A stretch of DNA of 63,785 nucleotides from a virus (lineage: Duplodnaviria; Caudoviricetes), in the IMG/VR virus record IMGVR_UViG_3300046318_000369, positions 1 to 63,785 of that record. One strand, 5' to 3'. The position numbers and the translations under genes are program-made. How positions within the stretch are numbered: position 1 is the stretch's first letter; the number at the start of each line of letters is the position of its first letter. The notes under the pieces were generated by a model. It was not told where the DNA came from. It made no database searches and saw only the letters and a program-made list of their open reading frames with translations. Positions 51,718 through 60,951 of this stretch are shown here, piece after piece.

Positions 51718-54711
51718 ATGGCAACATTGCAATCACCAGGCGTACAAGTTCAAGTTATAGATGAGAGTTTTTATACTCCATCGGCACCAGGCACGGTGCC
51801 CATGATATTTGTAGCGTCAGCAGAAGATAAAACAACACCTAGTGGCAGTATTGCCCAAGGAACAACAGCAGCAAACGCTGGAAAAGTTTGGTTAATTACT
51901 GGCCAACGAGAATTAACTGACACCTTTGGAACACCATTGTTCTACACCGATGCTAGTGGTAATGCTCAACATGGTAATGAATTAAATGAATATGGCTTGC
52001 AAGCAGCATACAGCTTATTGGGTGTTAGCTCAAGAGCTTACATTGTTAGAGCAGATCTAGATCTAGCACAATTAGTGCCTACTAGTTCAGAACCAGTAGG
52101 AAGTCCTGTCTCTGGAACATATTGGGTAGATACCGATGCTTCTTTATATGGCATCAAAGAGTGGAACGCATCTACATTAAAATTTACATCTAAGACTCCT
52201 ATTGTATTAAATGATGATAGTTCGAGTGTAGACTTAGTAGCAGGTGCACCAGCATCTGCGGTTGGTCAACGAGGTGATTATTGCATTGTTGTTACTAGCG
52301 ACAATACAAATAAGTTGCATTACAAAACAGCCGCCGGAACATGGGTCGCTGTTCAAAGTGGATTCGATAGCGGAAAACATCTCCAAGTATCACCACATTA
52401 TTCTTATCCATCGACCTTTAATGTAAGTACTGCAACTGGTAGCGTGTGGGTAACAACTACAACACCGTCAAACGGCGCAAACTGGTCTGTAAAGTACTAT
52501 AACGGAGCATCACAATCTTGGTCAACGGTATCTGCACCAATTTATAGCAGTATAGAAGCAGCTAATTACGGGCTTGATGCAACAGGTGGAAAAAATATTC
52601 CAACAGGATCTATTATAGTTGAAAGTAACTATACACACGATGCAGCAACTCCAAATGCAGATTTTAAATTATGGAGAAGAAACGCAATTGGTGCAACTAG
52701 CATTACTAGCGAAGCCAGTACAACCCTTGCGACTACATCGAGTTTTTCTACATTTAATGTTAGAGAAACACTAGCAAATGGATCATGGAGTAATTCAGTT
52801 GCAATTAGCTTAGACGGAACAGGTGCACCAAAAGTTGGCGCATTAGTTTCCACAGGACTTGCAGCAAGCACCTTGTCAAATGTTATATCTACATTTGATC
52901 CTGTGACTAATAAATTAACAATTAGCCATAAGTTAGGTGGAAACATTGAATTTACAGACGGAATTAACACACCGTTAACAAATGCAGGATTTAGTACTAG
53001 TGCTACTGCTAATTTATATTCGGCACCTTCAGGTGACTCTCCATTTACATTGGTAGCTACTAATTGGAAACCTTTAGTTTATGAAGCAAGTAATTCTGCT
53101 CCATTTACTACTCCTGCCGATGGATCTTTATGGTATACTCCTGTAGTTGATGAAGTTGATATCATGATCCATGATGGAACAAAATGGGTAGGCTACAGAT
53201 CATCATCTAGTCCATATTATTCTGGTACAGAATCACAAAAAACAGACCCAGCAGGTCCTATTGTTTCTGCAACCGAACCCGTTGCTGCAACTGGACAAAG
53301 TGATGGAACAGCATTAGTAACAGGTGATATTTGGATTGACACTAGCGATATAGAAAATTATGGTAAAAATATCTATGTATACAATAGCACCATTACTTCT
53401 GGTAGCAAGTGGGTATTGCAAGATACCACAGATCAATCTACTCCTGACGGTTGGTTATTTGCAGATGCTAGATGGGCCACTTCGGGTTCAACACTAACAG
53501 CTAGTAGCATATCATCCTTGTTATCTAGTAATTATGTCGATCCTGATGCACCTGATCCTGCTTTATATCCAAAGGGTATGAAATTATGGAATACTCGTAG
53601 AAGCGGTGGTAATGTTAAGAAGTATATTTCTGGACATATTGATTTAAATGCTAACAGCGGAACAAATGCTAGATATCCACATGGTGCTGGTGAATCAATG
53701 AGCTCATATAAAGCAGATCGTTGGGTTAGCCAATATACCGTAGCAGAGGACGGAAGTCCACGTTTACTACGTAAGTCGCAACGATCACAGGTAGTTAATG
53801 CATTTAAAGAATTAATCGATGCAAATACCGCAATTCGAGATACAGATACATTGACATTTAATTTGATAGCAACTCCTGGATATTCAGAAGCAATTCAAAA
53901 TATGATTGGTTTCAACACTGATAGAGGCCTAACAGCATTTGTTGTAGGTGATACACCATTCCGTTTATCACCATCTGGCACATCGTTATCCGAGTACGGA
54001 TTAAACACAAATAATGCGTTCGACAATGACGATACTGGTGCAGTTAGCTATGACGAATACATGGCAATGTATTATCCAAGTGGATACACCAATGACAATA
54101 CAGGAAACTATATTGTTGTACCACCGAGCCATATGATGTTGCGCACTATTACAAATAGTGATGCAAAGAGTTACCCATGGTTTGCTCCAGCAGGTACACG
54201 TCGCGGTGGCGTTGACAACGCAACATCCGTTGGATATATTACAGCAGAAGGGGAATTCAAGACAGTGGCATTGCATCAAGGACTTCGTGATGTATTAGAC
54301 GATGTTAAGATTAACCCAATTGCTACATTAACAGGTGTAGGTGTACTTGCATATGGTCAACGTACTCGTGCAAGAAATGCTAGTGCTTTAGATAGAATTA
54401 ACGTATCTCGTTTAGTTTGCTACCTACGCAGACAGTTAGACATTATGGCTCGACCATTCTTATTTGAGCCAAATGATGCACAAACACGTAGAGAAATAAA
54501 GGCTGCTGCTGAAAGCTTACTATTAGAACTAGTAGGACAACGAGCATTGTATGATTTCATTGTAGTTTGCGATGAAACAAACAATACTCCTGCAAGAATT
54601 GACCGTAGCGAATTATATCTTGACATTGCAATTGAACCAGTTAAGGCTGTGGAGTTTATCTATATTCCATTAAGATTGAAAAATACTGGTGATATTGCAG
54701 CCGGGCTATAA
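51718..54711 (+). CDS. gp18: Contractile tail sheath protein, gp18-like
   Basis: LQSPGVQVQVIDES start, PWFAPAGTRRG, INPI, LDRINVSRL, FLFEPND, IEPVKAVEFIYI. Confidence 0.95.
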   Translation: MATLQSPGVQVQVIDESFYTPSAPGTVPMIFVASAEDKTTPSGSIAQGTTAANAGKVWLITGQRELTDTFGTPLFYTDASGNAQHGNELNEYGLQAAYSLLGVSSRAYIVRADLDLAQLVPTSSEPVGSPVSGTYWVDTDASLYGIKEWNASTLKFTSKTPIVLNDDSSSVDLVAGAPASAVGQRGDYCIVVTSDNTNKLHYKTAAGTWVAVQSGFDSGKHLQVSPHYSYPSTFNVSTATGSVWVTTTTPSNGANWSVKYYNGASQSWSTVSAPIYSSIEAANYGLDATGGKNIPTGSIIVESNYTHDAATPNADFKLWRRNAIGATSITSEASTTLATTSSFSTFNVRETLANGSWSNSVAISLDGTGAPKVGALVSTGLAASTLSNVISTFDPVTNKLTISHKLGGNIEFTDGINTPLTNAGFSTSATANLYSAPSGDSPFTLVATNWKPLVYEASNSAPFTTPADGSLWYTPVVDEVDIMIHDGTKWVGYRSSSSPYYSGTESQKTDPAGPIVSATEPVAATGQSDGTALVTGDIWIDTSDIENYGKNIYVYNSTITSGSKWVLQDTTDQSTPDGWLFADARWATSGSTLTASSISSLLSSNYVDPDAPDPALYPKGMKLWNTRRSGGNVKKYISGHIDLNANSGTNARYPHGAGESMSSYKADRWVSQYTVAEDGSPRLLRKSQRSQVVNAFKELIDANTAIRDTDTLTFNLIATPGYSEAIQNMIGFNTDRGLTAFVVGDTPFRLSPSGTSLSEYGLNTNNAFDNDDTGAVSYDEYMAMYYPSGYTNDNTGNYIVVPPSHMMLRTITNSDAKSYPWFAPAGTRRGGVDNATSVGYITAEGEFKTVALHQGLRDVLDDVKINPIATLTGVGVLAYGQRTRARNASALDRINVSRLVCYLRRQLDIMARPFLFEPNDAQTRREIKAAAESLLLELVGQRALYDFIVVCDETNNTPARIDRSELYLDIAIEPVKAVEFIYIPLRLKNTGDIAAGL

Positions 54712-54715
54712 TAGG

Positions 54716-54721
54716 TAAATA
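54716..54721 (+). promoter_or_regulatory. Late promoter core TAAATA
   Basis: Upstream of AAGGAG RBS and ATG 54743. Confidence 0.75.
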
Positions 54722-54742
54722 AAAGAGATTAAGGAGCATTAA

Positions 54743-55390
54743 ATGCCAATTGCAAGTTTAAATAGATTCACAGTACCATTGAGTGCTACTCAGGCAGCAA
54801 CTACACAAGGACTGTTAATGCCGAAACTAAAGTATCGCTTCCGTGTTACTTTAGATCAATTTGGAGTGGCAGGAACTCCTTCAACAGAGCTAACCAAGCA
54901 GGTTATGAACGTAAGTCGACCTGAAGTTAGCTTTGAAGAAATTAAATTACCTGTTTACAACAGTACTGTAAAAATCGCAGGAAAACACAGTTTTGCTGAT
55001 GCAAAACTAACTATCCGCGATGATGCAAGTGGTGTTGTTAGCAAGAAAATTGGAGAACAATTGCAGAAACAATTTGATTTCTTTGAACAAAGTGGTGCTG
55101 CAAGTGCAATCGATTATAAATTTAGAATGAGAGTAGAAATTCTTGATGGCGGCAATGGAGCATTCGAACCTGTTACATTGGAAAGTTTTGAATTTTTAGG
55201 ATGCTTCATTAAACAAGCAACTTATCAAGGCGGTGACTACGGTAGCAATGATCCTATGGATATTGCATTAACCATTACCTTTGATAATGCGATTCAGTTA
55301 GAAGCACCTGGCGGAGCAGCTAGTGGAATTGGATTAGAGGTAGGTAGAATTGTAAGACCTGCAAATTCACAAGGGTTAGCAACTGGTTAA
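54743..55390 (+). CDS. gp19: Tail tube protein, gp19-like
   Basis: Follows the sheath gene; PKLKYRFRV, IAGKHSF, LTITFDNA. Confidence 0.85.
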   Translation: MPIASLNRFTVPLSATQAATTQGLLMPKLKYRFRVTLDQFGVAGTPSTELTKQVMNVSRPEVSFEEIKLPVYNSTVKIAGKHSFADAKLTIRDDASGVVSKKIGEQLQKQFDFFEQSGAASAIDYKFRMRVEILDGGNGAFEPVTLESFEFLGCFIKQATYQGGDYGSNDPMDIALTITFDNAIQLEAPGGAASGIGLEVGRIVRPANSQGLATG

Positions 55391-55408
55391 TAGTTAATGA
55401 CCGTTTAT

Positions 55409-55440
55409 AAAAGCCTGGCATAACCCCCAGGCTTTTTCTT
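55409..55440 (+). terminator. Rho-independent terminator
   Basis: AAAAGCCTGG-N8-CCAGGCTTTT plus T-rich tail. Confidence 0.85.
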
Positions 55441-55455
55441 TGACTAAATATTATT

Positions 55456-56607
55456 ATGAGTACAGCCTTCAACAATTTTTTGACCTTATCTGATAATACT
55501 ATTATGAGAGATTACCAACATGCAAGTAAATTGTATGTTAGTAGCAATTATGCAAAGACTCCAAAATTAGGATTCATTTATTTTGTTCAATTAAATATTA
55601 ATACTTCTGCAATAGTTGATCAATCCTGGGCCAAAGATAAAAATGAAATAGGATTACTAGCAAAAAGAGCAGATCTTCCGAAATTTACTATTGGAACAGA
55701 AACCGTAAATCAATACAACAGAAAAACAGTGGTTCAAACAAAATTGAACTATTCAAATGTTACTATAGAATTACATGATGACAACAGCGACTTAACACAT
55801 AATTTATGGGTTAATTATTATAAACACTATTATGCAGATAGTAATTATAATGATGCTAGTGTAAGTAGTATTAATACAAAAAATACTCCTGAATCTTTTA
55901 CAGATACTAAATTTGGAACGGTTGATTATACATACGGCAGATATGATAGAGGAAATATTGGAGAATTTTTTCAATCTATTGATATTTTTGTCTTACATCA
56001 AGGGAAGTTTACAAAATATACTCTAGTGAATCCGAAAATTGTAGATTGGGCACACGATTCTGTAAATCAATCAGAAACAAGCAAAATTTTACAAAATAAA
56101 ATGACCATTGCATATGAAAATGTATTATATGAAGATGGTGCAATTGTTCCTGGACAACAACCAGAATCATGGGCAGTAGCATATTATGATAATGCAGGAA
56201 GTCCATTAAAAATTGCAGGTAATTCGAAGAATAATACTACTTACACTCGAGCAACATCTGCGTTTGATCAGCCCGGCAAACCTAGAGTATTTGGAGTAGT
56301 CGGTGGTAATTATAAATCACCGAACCCATTATTAAATATTGGCGTAATAGTAGCAAAAAACTATTTAAACAAAAACGGATTAGGAAGAGCAGGTGCTGTA
56401 GGATATAACATTGCTGGTGGCGTGCTCGGTGCGTTAGGTGATGCAGGAGCAGGAAAATATGCATCGCCGCCATCTACTGAAAATCAACCTGGGATATTTA
56501 ACTTACCAGGCGGCGTAGGTATTAATATTTTCAAAGGACTGAATACAAGTGTTGATGGAAAAATTAGAGCCAATCCTGCTTCTATTTTATTTCCTCCTAA
56601 AGGCTAA
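55456..56607 (+). CDS. Tail-tube-fold protein (baseplate-tube junction/initiator-like)
   Basis: ADLPKFTI...NQYNRKTVVQTKLNYSNVTIELHDD...MTIAYE tube-like pattern; TAAATA at 55445. Confidence 0.65.
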   Translation: MSTAFNNFLTLSDNTIMRDYQHASKLYVSSNYAKTPKLGFIYFVQLNINTSAIVDQSWAKDKNEIGLLAKRADLPKFTIGTETVNQYNRKTVVQTKLNYSNVTIELHDDNSDLTHNLWVNYYKHYYADSNYNDASVSSINTKNTPESFTDTKFGTVDYTYGRYDRGNIGEFFQSIDIFVLHQGKFTKYTLVNPKIVDWAHDSVNQSETSKILQNKMTIAYENVLYEDGAIVPGQQPESWAVAYYDNAGSPLKIAGNSKNNTTYTRATSAFDQPGKPRVFGVVGGNYKSPNPLLNIGVIVAKNYLNKNGLGRAGAVGYNIAGGVLGALGDAGAGKYASPPSTENQPGIFNLPGGVGINIFKGLNTSVDGKIRANPASILFPPKG

Positions 56608-56609
56608 TT

Positions 56610-57818
56610 ATGAGCTCTACCTATAATAATATTCCATTTACACAATCTAGCAATCAGACAGTACAAGCGTTTGACAATTACTATTCTGCACCTATTGAAT
56701 TAAATGCATCGGTAGTTGCAGCAATGACCGGATATTTTACTAACAGAGGTTTCGGAGAAGTTTCGGCAGAATCTATTGCAGTTACAATTATAAAACAGGC
56801 TAAGAAAGATAATTATAATCCTATGCAAATTTTAGACACATTAAAAGGTCTTAATGATGTCGAATTATCGGGGTTGGTATCTGAAATTTTAAATTATAAT
56901 AGATTTAAATCAAGTAGTTTAGGGTACGCACAAACATTTCAACCCAACCCTGATATTGCAAGAAATATTATTGATAATACTCCTTTAGTTCCTTTGTATT
57001 ATATAACATCATCTGTATCGACAGCAGATGAAGGAGATTTAATAACATTTACTATTAATACTGTTAATGTAAAAAGTAATACAATATTATACTGGGACGT
57101 TGAAGGAGTTTCTGCTTCTGATTTTGACGAAAATATATCAAGCGGAACAGTTACTATTATTAACGGGTCGGCAACAATTTCGTTGTCTTTAAAAACTGAT
57201 AATCTTACAGAAGATGTTGAAACAATAACATTAAATCTAAGACGTGAATCACCTAATTCTTCAATAGTGGCACAGTCTTCTATTAATGTTAATGATACAT
57301 CTTTTTCTATCCTTGCAGATTATATAATAATAGAATATGCATTTGCAGATGGAAGGGATTTAGATACTAGAACTAGAATTGTAACTCCTGCCGTAGGAAC
57401 ATATGTAGGTTGGGGATTTAACGAAACTGTATCCACCATATTACTTTGGAGTGGTGATAATACTGGCATAGGAAGAGAATCTGTTCTATTAAATGTTGAT
57501 AGTTTTAAAAATAATTATCCTGGCAATGCCGAAATACTTGTTGATTGTAGGGCACAATGGTTTGGAGAAATAGGAACAGCACCAGTTGGATTGAATATTA
57601 CATTATACCAAGGCGGCGAGATGGTACAAGACGAGGGAGGATTTAAATGGAATAATCCCACAGCAATGCTAGTAAAGACCTTAGGTCTTACATTTTCACC
57701 GATTACATTATACAGTCAGGATGATACATCTATTGGTGAAAGAATAGCTACATTAAGATACAATGTATTAACAGGTGTTGGATATTTAGATTCTACAGAC
57801 ACAACAGAATATCCATAA
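56610..57818 (+). CDS. Virion-associated protein with Calx-beta/Ig-like C-terminal extension
   Basis: Helical ~120-aa N-terminus, then ADEGDLITFTI...DNLTEDVETITLNL...INVNDTS, then a DLDTR...GDNTG.G.E domain. Confidence 0.6.
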   Translation: MSSTYNNIPFTQSSNQTVQAFDNYYSAPIELNASVVAAMTGYFTNRGFGEVSAESIAVTIIKQAKKDNYNPMQILDTLKGLNDVELSGLVSEILNYNRFKSSSLGYAQTFQPNPDIARNIIDNTPLVPLYYITSSVSTADEGDLITFTINTVNVKSNTILYWDVEGVSASDFDENISSGTVTIINGSATISLSLKTDNLTEDVETITLNLRRESPNSSIVAQSSINVNDTSFSILADYIIIEYAFADGRDLDTRTRIVTPAVGTYVGWGFNETVSTILLWSGDNTGIGRESVLLNVDSFKNNYPGNAEILVDCRAQWFGEIGTAPVGLNITLYQGGEMVQDEGGFKWNNPTAMLVKTLGLTFSPITLYSQDDTSIGERIATLRYNVLTGVGYLDSTDTTEYP

Positions 57819-57819
57819 T

Positions 57820-58266
57820 ATGAGTTTAAAATTCAGTAAAGGTGGTTATACTATTTCTAACCCTGAAAAGTATGTAGGTAATAAAGTTCCTGTATATCGT
57901 AGCAGTTGGGAATTTACTGTAATGTGTTTTTTAGATAATAATCCTTCTATTCAGCAATGGAGTAGCGAACCTGTAAAAATACCCTATAGGGACCCTCTTA
58001 CTGGCAAGCAAACTATATACCTACCAGATTTTTTAGTAGTATATATTGATAAGAATCAAAAAAAACATGCAGAATTATGGGAAATAAAACCAGCAAATCA
58101 AACGTTAAAAGAACGTGTCGGAAAAAATCCTTATAATCAAGCACAATTTGTAAAGAATCAAGCTAAGTGGGCAGCAGCATCAGCATGGTGTCAACAGCAG
58201 GGAGTAAAGTTTAGAATTATAACGGAAGCTGATATTTTTCATAATCCAAAAAAGCGGAATAAGTAA
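57820..58266 (+). CDS. gp4: Head completion nuclease, T4 gp4-like (TnsA-like fold)
   Basis: NPEKYVG...YRSSWE...WSSE...IPY...YLPDF...EIKP...NQAKW...FRIITE. Confidence 0.92.
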   Translation: MSLKFSKGGYTISNPEKYVGNKVPVYRSSWEFTVMCFLDNNPSIQQWSSEPVKIPYRDPLTGKQTIYLPDFLVVYIDKNQKKHAELWEIKPANQTLKERVGKNPYNQAQFVKNQAKWAAASAWCQQQGVKFRIITEADIFHNPKKRNK

Positions 58267-58270
58267 TGTT

Positions 58271-58750
58271 ATGACTAAACGACTTGAGGAATTGCTAAAC
58301 ATTGATTCCGCCGAACCTATAATAGATGCAAAGCCAGTAGATGCTACACCAGTATCTACTATAGATCTACAGGAAAAATTAGAAGAATTTGATAAAATTG
58401 CAGCCGCATTGCCTAGAGTAAAAGGACTAGGGGATATGGCAGACAGTGAGTTAGATGCATTAGCAGACAAAGCTGAGAAAGCCTATGATGATTTAATGGA
58501 TCTTGGAATGAATGTAGAAGCAAGATACGGTGCAAGAATGTTCGAAGTTGCTGCAAGTATGATGACAGCGGCAATTACAGCAAAAACAAATAAAATAGAT
58601 AAAAAGTTGAAAATGGTCGATCTTCAACTAAAAAAACTTGCAATAGATAGGAAAAGCGGTGAGGGAAATAATGGAACTGTCGAAGGAGAAGGTTACATTA
58701 TTACAGATCGCAATAGCATTCTAGAAAAACTAAAGGGATTGAATAAATAA
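58271..58750 (+). CDS. Putative terminase small subunit
   Basis: 159-aa helical protein with ARMFEVAASM and ITDRNSILEKL, near gp4 and the large terminase. Confidence 0.55.
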   Translation: MTKRLEELLNIDSAEPIIDAKPVDATPVSTIDLQEKLEEFDKIAAALPRVKGLGDMADSELDALADKAEKAYDDLMDLGMNVEARYGARMFEVAASMMTAAITAKTNKIDKKLKMVDLQLKKLAIDRKSGEGNNGTVEGEGYIITDRNSILEKLKGLNK

Positions 58751-58756
58751 TATATT

Positions 58757-59353
58757 ATGAAATCATTTACAGAATACTTAACAGAGTCTACCAAAAAGTA
58801 CGATTTTCGAATCAAAATTGCAGGTGACTTTACAGCAGAACAAGAAACCGCAATGAAAACTTTGCTTGGACGATTTGCAATAGGTGAAACTCCATCGAGT
58901 TTTAAAAAATCTAAAACTCCTATACAATCGGTTCCTTTAGATTTTCCACAGGTACAAAATTGTGAAGTTAGTATTTTTGAAGTAACGTTAGATTATCCAA
59001 CTACTCAATATGAACTAAAAGAGTATTTGTCTACGGAATTAGGAGTAGGTAAACAACATCTAGTAGTACGTAGTCCAAATGAACCTAGTGAAGAATATCA
59101 ACATCAAGAAACACCTCGTACAGGTGCACTATTAAATGACCCTGATTATAAAGAAGCAGGAAGTCCTAAATTCGAAGATTATTATGGCGACAAATATAAT
59201 AGTGGATTTGTTAAAGAATTAAATGATATTCTTAAACTTCAGCGTAAAGAGCGCGGAGAAGTTATACCAGAACAAACAGAAGCAAAATATAACATTGATG
59301 CAGCTATTAATTCATCTAGTCTGCTATCTCAAGCAAAGGATCCAAGAAAATGA
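58757..59353 (+). CDS. Putative head-internal / prohead core protein
   Basis: Starts MKSFTEYLTE/S, resembling the T4 capsid-targeting sequence; TAAATA at 58744. Confidence 0.6.
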   Translation: MKSFTEYLTESTKKYDFRIKIAGDFTAEQETAMKTLLGRFAIGETPSSFKKSKTPIQSVPLDFPQVQNCEVSIFEVTLDYPTTQYELKEYLSTELGVGKQHLVVRSPNEPSEEYQHQETPRTGALLNDPDYKEAGSPKFEDYYGDKYNSGFVKELNDILKLQRKERGEVIPEQTEAKYNIDAAINSSSLLSQAKDPRK

Positions 59354-60891
59354 ATATGATAGATGTAATCAAGCGTCTTGCCGAATTAGATGCAAAAAAT
59401 CCTAACATAATCCAGGTTAAAGAAAATACACCTGAGAATGATATGCACCGAGGGGGAATGAATGGCGCAGCATCGGCAATGACTCCGCGTGCAGATCATA
59501 ATGCCTTGATGCAGAAAGTTGCCAAGGTAGTAAACAGTCCAGAATTTACTGAAGATACGATCTTAGCAATAGTCGATGCAGGTAGTACAATAACAGACCC
59601 AGTTGGGCGTTACATTCAAAAAGAATTTAATGAACTTCAATATGATTTAGGTAGACCATATGAAGATTATCCAGAAAGAGTCGCTGATAAATTACTGTCA
59701 CAACTAACAAAAATATCTAAACAAAGTGCAGCAGAAGCTACAGGTGATGTAAAATTTGATAAGATGCTTAAAGGTATCACCGGTAAAAAAGAAGTAGCTA
59801 AACAACAAAAAACAGATACAAAGCAACAAGCACGTGATGCGTTCGGTAGTATGTTCGGTGGAGGTAATCCTGCTGATAAACTTGGCATTGGAAAGAAAGG
59901 TGTAGCAGAAGGCGACAATATTCCTAACCATGGTTACGATATTGAGCTTGAAATTCTTAATCCCAATTTCAATCCAGAAGATGAATTGAGTCCAGAAGAA
60001 ATTACAGTAGGTGTTAATTATTCTATTAGCGGATCGTATAGACCCGCTACGTACGATGATCCTGCAGAACATCCCGATTTAGAGTATGATGTGTTTAATG
60101 CTGAAACCGGTGAGCCTTTACAAAATCTAGGGCAAGAAACTGATGCAGAAATAAGAGATGCAATTTGGGCAGATGCAGAACAATCTGCAGACGATGATTT
60201 TGACATCCCCGATGATAATTATGATGATAGGTATTATGAGAGTAATGGTAATCATCCAACTAAGGAAATATCCACAATGGAAAATTTAAACTTAGCCAGC
60301 ATTAAACATTTAGCAGGCATTAAAACAAAAATTGCAGAATGTGGTATTATGCCAGAAACAGGTATGTCTATGCCATCGCAGCCACATACACCTGCAAGTA
60401 TTAGTATGACAGCATCTAGCGGGCCTGAGTTAAGTGGCATGTTAAGAGATATTATGCAATTAGCAGGAATGAATAATGCGCAAGCAGCACCTGCTCCAAT
60501 TTCTGCAACTCCGCAGGTATTAGAACCAGCACAGCCACAAGATGCTATTGGGTCAATGCGTTCAGTCATTGATAAATTAAATCCTGCATCAGATGGCACA
60601 GATGATACTGTATCACAAGACATGGGAGATCTAGACAACGATGGCGACCACGATATGGATGATCACGAACTAGAGAAAAAACAACCTGTTGATGAGTACG
60701 ACAATACTCCTGCAGATCCTAATGATAAAAACGAATTTGACGCAGATCAATACGCACATCAAGAAAATCAACCAGGGCAAGGTGATAGAATGGACGGCGA
60801 TCGACCAAAAGCATATGCAGATATGAACGAAGCAACTGCTGATTTATTTGCCCAATATAAAAAGTTTGTAAACGAATCAAAAAACAAATAA
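59350..60891 (+). CDS. Acidic putative head-internal polyprotein
   Basis: 513 aa; segments bounded by VKE, AAE, VAE, YYE, IAE, VDE, MNE and VNE sites. Confidence 0.6.
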   Translation: MNMIDVIKRLAELDAKNPNIIQVKENTPENDMHRGGMNGAASAMTPRADHNALMQKVAKVVNSPEFTEDTILAIVDAGSTITDPVGRYIQKEFNELQYDLGRPYEDYPERVADKLLSQLTKISKQSAAEATGDVKFDKMLKGITGKKEVAKQQKTDTKQQARDAFGSMFGGGNPADKLGIGKKGVAEGDNIPNHGYDIELEILNPNFNPEDELSPEEITVGVNYSISGSYRPATYDDPAEHPDLEYDVFNAETGEPLQNLGQETDAEIRDAIWADAEQSADDDFDIPDDNYDDRYYESNGNHPTKEISTMENLNLASIKHLAGIKTKIAECGIMPETGMSMPSQPHTPASISMTASSGPELSGMLRDIMQLAGMNNAQAAPAPISATPQVLEPAQPQDAIGSMRSVIDKLNPASDGTDDTVSQDMGDLDNDGDHDMDDHELEKKQPVDEYDNTPADPNDKNEFDADQYAHQENQPGQGDRMDGDRPKAYADMNEATADLFAQYKKFVNESKNK

Positions 60892-60910
60892 GCTAATTAT
60901 TTGTTTAATC

Positions 60911-60938
60911 AAATAGCTCCTTAGGGAGCTATTTTTTT
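60911..60938 (+). terminator. Rho-independent terminator
   Basis: AAATAGCTCC-TTAG-GGAGCTATTT plus T-run. Confidence 0.9.
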
Positions 60939-60940
60939 AT

Positions 60941-60946
60941 TAAATA
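60941..60946 (+). promoter_or_regulatory. Late promoter core TAAATA
   Basis: 5 nt before ATG 60952. Confidence 0.65.
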
Positions 60947-60951
60947 AGATT

